The notes below the pieces were generated by a model, which saw nothing but the letters and a program-made list of their open reading frames with translations, did not search any database and was not told where the DNA came from. Source: Alphaproteobacteria bacterium (lineage in GTDB: Bacteria; Pseudomonadota; Alphaproteobacteria; UBA828). From it: a stretch of DNA of 64,000 nt. The position numbers and the translations under genes were made by a program. Shown here piece by piece: positions 58,622 through 64,000 of the stretch. How positions within the stretch are numbered: position 1 is the stretch's first letter; each line of letters starts with the position of its first letter. Where the stretch lies: NCBI GenBank assembly GCA_965221125.1, contig CBDCRW010000005.1, positions 608,001 through 672,000 of the forward strand. The letters are read 5' to 3'.

Positions 58622-59851
58622 GTGACGATCGTCTTCGAGGGATGCAGGGTCTTCGACGGGGTCTCGGCGGAGCCGCGCGAGAACGCGACCGTGGTGGTGG
58701 AAGACGGCCGGATCAGGGAGGTCGCCGACGGCCCGGTCCGCGCGCCGGCTGAGGCGCAGCACGTGGCCTGCGGCGAGCGCACGCTGATGCCGGGGCTGAT
58801 CGACGCCCACTTCCACGCGCTCCTCGTCGAGATCGACGTGCCCGCGATCGAGGACATTCCGCCGTCGCTGCTCTACCAGCAGGCGCGGCACAGTCTGGAG
58901 GGCGCGCTGCGGCGGGGCTTCACCACGGTACGCGACGCCGGCGGGGCCGATCTGGGTCTGGCGATGGCGGTGGAGCGCGGCCTGATCGCGGGCCCCCGGA
59001 TCTTCTTCGCGGGCAAGGCGCTGAGCCAGACCGGCGGCCACGGCGACATGCGCAGGCAGACCAGCTTCGAGCCCTGCGGCTGCGCCGCCTACCACGGGCC
59101 GGTCTCGGAGGTGGCGGACGGGGTCGATGCGGTCCGCAAGGCGGTGCGGGAGCATCTGCGCAAGGGCGCCCACCAGATCAAGATGATGGTCTCGGGCGGC
59201 GTGCTCTCGCCGACCGACCCGCTCTGGATGGACCAGTACTCCGACGAGGAGATCAGCGTCGGCGTGGAGGAAGCCGCGACGCGGCGGACCTACGTGATGG
59301 CGCACGCGCACACGGCCAACGCGGTGCGCCGCTGCGCCGCGCTCGGCGTGCGCTCCATCGAGCACGGCACTCAGATCGACGAAGGGGCGGCAAAGGTGGC
59401 GGCGGCGGCCGGGGCCTTCGTCGTGCCGACGCTGGTGACCCTCTTCGCCATGCTCGAATCCGGGGCCGACATCGGGCTGCCAAAAATCTATGCCGACAAG
59501 CTCCAGGGCCTGGGCGACGAGGGGCTGCGCTCCCTTGAAGTCTGCCGGGCCGCCGGCGTGCCGATGGGCTTCGGCACGGACCTGCTCGGCGAGCTTCAGG
59601 ATCGCCAGAGCCAGGAGTTCCTGATCCGCAGCCAGGTTCTGGCGCCGGTCGACGTGCTGCGCTCCGCGACCTCGGTCAACGCCGAGCTGATCCAGCGCGC
59701 GGGCGAGCTCGGCACCATAGCTGCGGGCGCGGTGGCGGATATCCTGGTGGTGGACGGCGACCCGCTCGCCGACCTCGGCCTCCTGCAGGAGCAGGGCCGC
59801 CACATCCCCGTCATCATGAAAGAGGGCCGGTTTTGCAAGAACGCCCTTTGA
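58622..59851 (+). CDS. Metal-dependent amidohydrolase (Xaa-Pro dipeptidase-like)
   Basis: PGLIDAHFH, GFTTVRDAGG, MAHAH, IEHG, GTD. Confidence 0.9.
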   Translation: MTIVFEGCRVFDGVSAEPRENATVVVEDGRIREVADGPVRAPAEAQHVACGERTLMPGLIDAHFHALLVEIDVPAIEDIPPSLLYQQARHSLEGALRRGFTTVRDAGGADLGLAMAVERGLIAGPRIFFAGKALSQTGGHGDMRRQTSFEPCGCAAYHGPVSEVADGVDAVRKAVREHLRKGAHQIKMMVSGGVLSPTDPLWMDQYSDEEISVGVEEAATRRTYVMAHAHTANAVRRCAALGVRSIEHGTQIDEGAAKVAAAAGAFVVPTLVTLFAMLESGADIGLPKIYADKLQGLGDEGLRSLEVCRAAGVPMGFGTDLLGELQDRQSQEFLIRSQVLAPVDVLRSATSVNAELIQRAGELGTIAAGAVADILVVDGDPLADLGLLQEQGRHIPVIMKEGRFCKNAL

Positions 59852-59913
59852 CGGATCGGGGTTCGATGGGCGGGACGGCGGCGCCCGGTCCGCGCCACGC
59901 GGGAGAGTGATCG

Positions 59914-60870
59914 ATGGCGACCGTACTGCAGACCGACTTCGCCTGGCCCGACGTCGGCATCGAGCGCGACGTGATCGAGGGCGCCGGCCACAGGCTGGTC
60001 ACGGGCCCCTCGGAGCCGAGCCCGGCGGCGGCGGTCGAGGCCATGGTGGCGGAGCACGACCCCGCGGCCATCCTCACCTGCTGGGCGGAGATCTCGGCCG
60101 AGGCGATCCGCCGCCCGACGGCGCTCAGGATCGTGCAGCGGCTGGGCGTCGGGCTCGACAACATCGCCATGGAGGCGGCGACGGCGCGCGGCGCCTGGGT
60201 CGCCAACGTGCCGGACTACTGCGTGGAGGAGGTCTCGGACCATGCGGTGGCGCTGGCCTATGCGTGGTTCCGCGGCATCGCGTCGTTCGACCACGCGGTG
60301 AAGGGCGGCCGGTGGGACCCCTCCGGCGCCAGGCTCCGGCGCGGGGCTGCGCTCACCGCCGGCATCCTGGGGCTCGGCCGCATCGGCCGCTGCACCGCGC
60401 GCAAGCTGGATGCGCTGGGCATGACCGTGCTCGGCCACGACATCGCCGCCCCGCCGGAGAGCGTGCCGGCGCGCATGGTCGGGCTCGACGCGCTCTCTGC
60501 GGACTCCGACATCGTCATCGTCCACCTGCCGCTCACCGACGAGACGCACCACCTGGTGGACGCGGCCTTCCTCGCCCGCGTGAAGCCCGGCGCCTTCCTC
60601 ATCAACGTGAGCCGGGGGCCGGTGGTCGACAACGATGCGCTGATCGCCGCCCTGGAAGCGGGCCATCTCGCGGGCGCCGGCCTCGACGTGGTGGAGGGCG
60701 AGCCGAGCCCGCCCGCCGCGCTCGTGGCGCGGGCGGACGTGATCGCGACGCCGCACGTGGCCTTCTCCTCCGACGCGTCGCTGGCGGAACTGAGACGGCG
60801 CGGCGCGGAGGAGGTGGTGCGCGTGCTGGCCGGCGCGCGGCCCGAGAATCCCTGCAACGACGTCGGCTGA
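59914..60870 (+). CDS. D-2-hydroxyacid dehydrogenase (CtBP-like)
   Basis: GVGLDNI, NVPDYCVEEV, GLGRIG, INVSRG, TPHVAF. Confidence 0.92.
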   Translation: MATVLQTDFAWPDVGIERDVIEGAGHRLVTGPSEPSPAAAVEAMVAEHDPAAILTCWAEISAEAIRRPTALRIVQRLGVGLDNIAMEAATARGAWVANVPDYCVEEVSDHAVALAYAWFRGIASFDHAVKGGRWDPSGARLRRGAALTAGILGLGRIGRCTARKLDALGMTVLGHDIAAPPESVPARMVGLDALSADSDIVIVHLPLTDETHHLVDAAFLARVKPGAFLINVSRGPVVDNDALIAALEAGHLAGAGLDVVEGEPSPPAALVARADVIATPHVAFSSDASLAELRRRGAEEVVRVLAGARPENPCNDVG

Positions 60871-60925
60871 CGATGGGCGGCACGCAGCGCCTCGCCGCTC
60901 CGGCCGGGCGCGAAGGGAGGGGGCG

Positions 60926-61324
60926 GTGAGCGCGCCGAAACCCGCCTTCGTCGATCAGGCGACCTTGGAGTGGGAGAGCAGTGAAGACTCCGGCCTCGCA
61001 ACCGGCAAGGGCATTCGCTGGAAGCTGCTGGTCGCGGGCGAGCGGACCGGGAGCGAGGGCCTCGTCACCGGCATCGCCGAGATCGCACCCGGCGGGCAGC
61101 TCATGCGCCACCACCACGAGCCGGCGGAGACCTATTACATCGTGAGCGGCCGGGGCGAGATGGAGATCGAGGGCCGCGTCGAGGCCGTGGGGCCGGGCAG
61201 CGCGGTCTACATCCCGCCGGATGCCCGCCACACGGTGCGCTGCACCGGCGCGGAGCCGCTGGTCTTCGTCTTCTCCTTCCCGCGCGACCGCTTCGACCGG
61301 ATCGTCTACCACTTCGATCATTAG
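60926..61324 (+). CDS. Cupin protein, DddK/DddW-like DMSP lyase candidate
   Basis: GIRWKLL, AEIAPGG, H62-x-H64-x3-E68-x-Y70, H102, FPRDRF, Y128. Confidence 0.7.
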   Translation: MSAPKPAFVDQATLEWESSEDSGLATGKGIRWKLLVAGERTGSEGLVTGIAEIAPGGQLMRHHHEPAETYYIVSGRGEMEIEGRVEAVGPGSAVYIPPDARHTVRCTGAEPLVFVFSFPRDRFDRIVYHFDH

Positions 61325-61347
61325 AGCGGTCCCGTTTTGCACGCAAA

Positions 61348-61530
61348 GGCCTTAAAGCGGCCTATTCCGGTCTATTCCGGTCCAAAGTGGCCCAAAGTGG
61401 CCCAAGGTGGTCCAAACGAGCGGCCCAAAGTGGTCCAAAGTGGCCCAAGGTGGCCCGCCGCAAGCGGCCCAAAGTGGCCCAAAGTGACCCAAGGCGGCTC
61501 ATGGCGGCCCAAGCCGGCCCGCCCAGGGCC
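61348..61530. repeat. Tandem array of ~17 units of a 10-bp repeat, consensus GGCCCAAAGT
   Basis: Units read directly at 61359, 61369, 61379, 61389, 61399, 61422, 61432, 61442, 61466, 61476, 61486, 61496, 61506. Confidence 0.92.
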
Positions 61531-61544
61531 GCCACCCGCCGGCC

Positions 61545-62168
61545 TCATTCGCCCTCCGCATCCTGCGCCTTCAATCGCCAATAGGCCTCGGCGACGGCTT
61601 CTTCGCCCGCGACCGGATCGTAGATGCCCCAGTGGCCCTCCACCGCCGCGCGGATGTGGGCGACGGCGTCGGGGGAGAGCCCCTTCTTCTGCTCCTCCGC
61701 AGACCTGGGCCAGCCTGCAAGCGGGCCGGCGCCGCGCGGGGCAGGGTTGCGCGCGGCCGCGCTCTCGCGTTCCGCACCGCTCTTCTCGGCGGACTCGATG
61801 CGCTGCAGGGCGAGCGCGAGCGTGGCGATCTGCTCGACGGGGGGCGGCTTCTCTTCGCGGCGGAGGTCGCCGGCGGCGCGCGTGGCGAGGGCTCTCACCG
61901 TCTCGCGCGCGTACCGCCCGGTTCCGCCCTCGGGCTGCTCGCCGAGCGACGCGAGCCAGAAATCGGCAAGCCCCTGGTCCTCCCGCCAGTCCCGCAGCCT
62001 CTCGCGCGCCCCCTTGACGTAGCGGACGACGGCCGAGCGCGAGCAGGTCCCGCCGTTCGCGCGGATGCGCCGGACGATCTCGTCGATGGTGGCGCCCTCG
62101 ACGATCGCCTTGTGCACCCGCGCCAGGATCGGCGGCGGCAACAGCTCGAGGGACGAGCGCCCGGCCAT
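61545..62168 (-). CDS. Phage Mu gp27-like (DUF3486) protein, 207 aa, orphan
   Basis: MAGRSSLELLPP...TIDEI...SRSAVVRY HTH-like N-terminus, helical body, KKGLSPDAVAHIR C-terminal motif; hidden at the end of the 690-aa track ORF. Confidence 0.75.
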   Translation of the reverse strand: MAGRSSLELLPPPILARVHKAIVEGATIDEIVRRIRANGGTCSRSAVVRYVKGARERLRDWREDQGLADFWLASLGEQPEGGTGRYARETVRALATRAAGDLRREEKPPPVEQIATLALALQRIESAEKSGAERESAAARNPAPRGAGPLAGWPRSAEEQKKGLSPDAVAHIRAAVEGHWGIYDPVAGEEAVAEAYWRLKAQDAEGE

Positions 62169-62444
62169 CAGCCGGCTTTCCGGGGCCGCTCCGGCCCCAC
62201 CGTCCCGGCACGGCGGTGGCCTGCTGTCCCGGAAGGGCGATGGTCTGCGCGCTGCATCCGCACAGCCTGCCCCCACCAAGCGGCCCCGTGCACCGCACCA
62301 TGGTCCGGGTCCCCGCCCGCGGCTGAACAGTGGCGGGGTTGATTCGGCGGGGCGAAAGCGGTCACCATGCCCGCACTCGTCGAGCCCCGCACCGCCGCTG
62401 GCGCAGGGCCGCGCCATACGACCCAACTGCAGGGAGAGCAACCG

Positions 62445-63662
62445 ATGACCGAACGCAAGGGCAAGCACAGCAAGCATCTCTACTTTCCGCTTTCGCGGCG
62501 CCACTTCATCAAGGGCGCGGCGGCAGGCGCGGTGATCGCCGGCGCGCCGGCGGTGCTGCAGGGGCTCACGCGCCGGGCCAAGGCGCAGGAGAAGGGCGTG
62601 ATCCGCATGCTCTTCACGGCGCCCACCATGATCCCGGGCGACTGGACCCGCTTCGAGGCCGACACCGGCCTCAAGATGGAAGACACGGTGATCAAGGACG
62701 ATCCCGGCATCTTCCTCACCGAGGTCGAGGTCAACGACGCCGGCGACCGCTTCGACCTGATCTCGACGCTCTCCGGCGTGGAGCAGAGCCTGATCGACGG
62801 CGGCTACATCATCCAGGCCGAGACCGGCGCGGTCCCCAACTGGGGCGGCATGCCGGACAGCATCAAGGGCATCCCCTACCTGGTGCGTGACCTGAGCCCG
62901 GACGGCGGCAACGTCTGGGGCCTGCCGCTCGCCATGAACGCGGACAGCTTCGGCTATCTGCCGGCCAAGCTGAACGAGCCGCGCCCGCCGGAGGAGGCCT
63001 CCTGGGCGCTGGTCTTCGAGAGCGAGAAGACCATGGGCCGGTCCTCCACCGGCGACAACTACATCTACCTCTGGGAGGCGCTGGCCTACCTCAAGAACAG
63101 CGGGCAGCTCGAGGTGGCGGACATCCTCAACCCGTCGCCGGACGAGGCGCGGGCGACCGCCGACTTCCTCATCGAGCGCAAGCAGGCCGGGCAGTTCCGC
63201 AACTTCTGGAAGATTTTTGACGACCAGGTCGCCGACATGAAGAACGGCGAGGTCGACGCCATCCGCTGCTGGGAGCCGGCGGTGCGCGAGGCCAACAAGG
63301 CTGGCGGCGACTGGGTCTACGCCAACGCCAAGGAGTTCTACACCAAGTGGCTCCACGCGGCGTACATCCCGTCCCAGGTCGAGGATCGCGGCAATCTCGA
63401 GGAGGTCTACACCGCCCTCGACTGGTTCCTGAGCGGCGGCTACGCCTCCACCATCACGCCGCTGCGCGGCTACCTCAACGGCCGGCCGGACCTCGCGGTC
63501 GAGTACGCCGAGCGCAACGAGATCGGCGACATCTCGGCCGACATGGACGCCGCCCAGGCGAAGATGAAGCACAAGTTCGCCAAGGAGGATTTCTGGTTCA
63601 GCGCGGTGCCCGAGCACCTGCAGGAGATGCAGGCGCAGATGGACCGCGTGCTCAACGCGTAA
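62445..63662 (+). CDS. Orphan ABC substrate-binding protein (PotD/PotF-like), Tat signal
   Basis: GGAGAG RBS; SRRHFIKG; NADSFGY; WEPAV. Confidence 0.8.
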   Translation: MTERKGKHSKHLYFPLSRRHFIKGAAAGAVIAGAPAVLQGLTRRAKAQEKGVIRMLFTAPTMIPGDWTRFEADTGLKMEDTVIKDDPGIFLTEVEVNDAGDRFDLISTLSGVEQSLIDGGYIIQAETGAVPNWGGMPDSIKGIPYLVRDLSPDGGNVWGLPLAMNADSFGYLPAKLNEPRPPEEASWALVFESEKTMGRSSTGDNYIYLWEALAYLKNSGQLEVADILNPSPDEARATADFLIERKQAGQFRNFWKIFDDQVADMKNGEVDAIRCWEPAVREANKAGGDWVYANAKEFYTKWLHAAYIPSQVEDRGNLEEVYTALDWFLSGGYASTITPLRGYLNGRPDLAVEYAERNEIGDISADMDAAQAKMKHKFAKEDFWFSAVPEHLQEMQAQMDRVLNA

Positions 63663-63730
63663 ACTCCGCCTCGCTTGCGGGCCGGGCCTGCCTCGCCGGA
63701 CGATCCGGCGGGGCGGGCCCCGCCCCCTAG

Positions 63731-64000
63731 GGCGTCTCGTCCATGAAGTTGCACCGCGACCTGAAGGTGACGCAGAAGACCGCGTGGTTCATGCTGCGCC
63801 GTATCCGCGAGGCTTGGTCCGCAGAGAGCGAATCGCTATTCTCGGGGCCGGTCGAGGCCGATGAGACGTACATGGGCGGTCGGCGCGCAAACATGTCGAA
63901 GGCCAAGCGCAAAACGCTGAGCGGACGCGGCGCGGTCGGAAAGAGGCCGTGATCGGAAAGCGCCTGTGCTACGCGGACCTCATCGCCGACAACGGGTTGT
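63731..64000 (+). pseudogene. IS1595-family transposase remnant
   Basis: GVSSMKLHRDLKVTQKTAWFMLRRIREA, VEADETYMGG, then frameshift and jump to terminal GKRLCYADLIADNGL. Confidence 0.85.

Noticed and set aside
61348-61530. CRISPR array or coding repeat (ORFs 61337-62017, 61372-62301, 61387-61584)
   Set aside because: Units are 10 bp with no unique spacers and no cas genes; the ORFs are low-complexity readings of a non-triplet repeat.
62168-62473. Possible Mu gp26-like gene upstream of the DUF3486 gene (TGATG overlap)
   Set aside because: No convincing similarity, and it overlaps the start and upstream region of the SBP gene.
61545-63617. 690-aa ORF as a single protein
   Set aside because: The upstream part is mostly antisense to the SBP gene; only the last 207 aa from MAGRSS look like a real protein.
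1-64000. tRNA, rRNA, integrase, intact prophage
   Set aside because: No such sequence recognised by eye; a tRNAscan/Rfam run would be needed to exclude small RNAs.

Overview
GC-rich (roughly 70% by eye, not computed), densely coding chromosomal DNA, most likely from an alphaproteobacterium (plsY-dprA-topA-rnr and argD-argF gene orders). It holds about 55 genes. Housekeeping genes are argD (one frameshift), argF, acetolactate synthase, arsC, plsY, dprA, topA, rnr and gabD. The rest is a large catabolic and scavenging set: two ABC importers plus an orphan binding protein, two hydantoinase/oxoprolinase A+B pairs, a LeuCD-like hydratase with altered motifs, and several C-N hydrolases. No rRNA, tRNA or CRISPR array was seen. 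Mobile DNA comprises an intact 2,090-bp ISAs1 element (DUF4338-fused transposase, 10-bp target duplication), an IS1595 scar, a decayed BrnT/XRE toxin-antitoxin scar missing from the ORF track, and a family of 33-bp TA-bounded palindromes. The top lead is a solitary Mu gp27-like (DUF3486) gene with no other phage genes, abutting a ~180-bp hierarchical array of 10-bp GGNCC repeats (61348-62168). Other leads are an SDR with both halohydrin dehalogenase signature motifs and a cupin with the DddK DMSP-lyase residue pattern. Family assignments come from motif recognition, not database searches.
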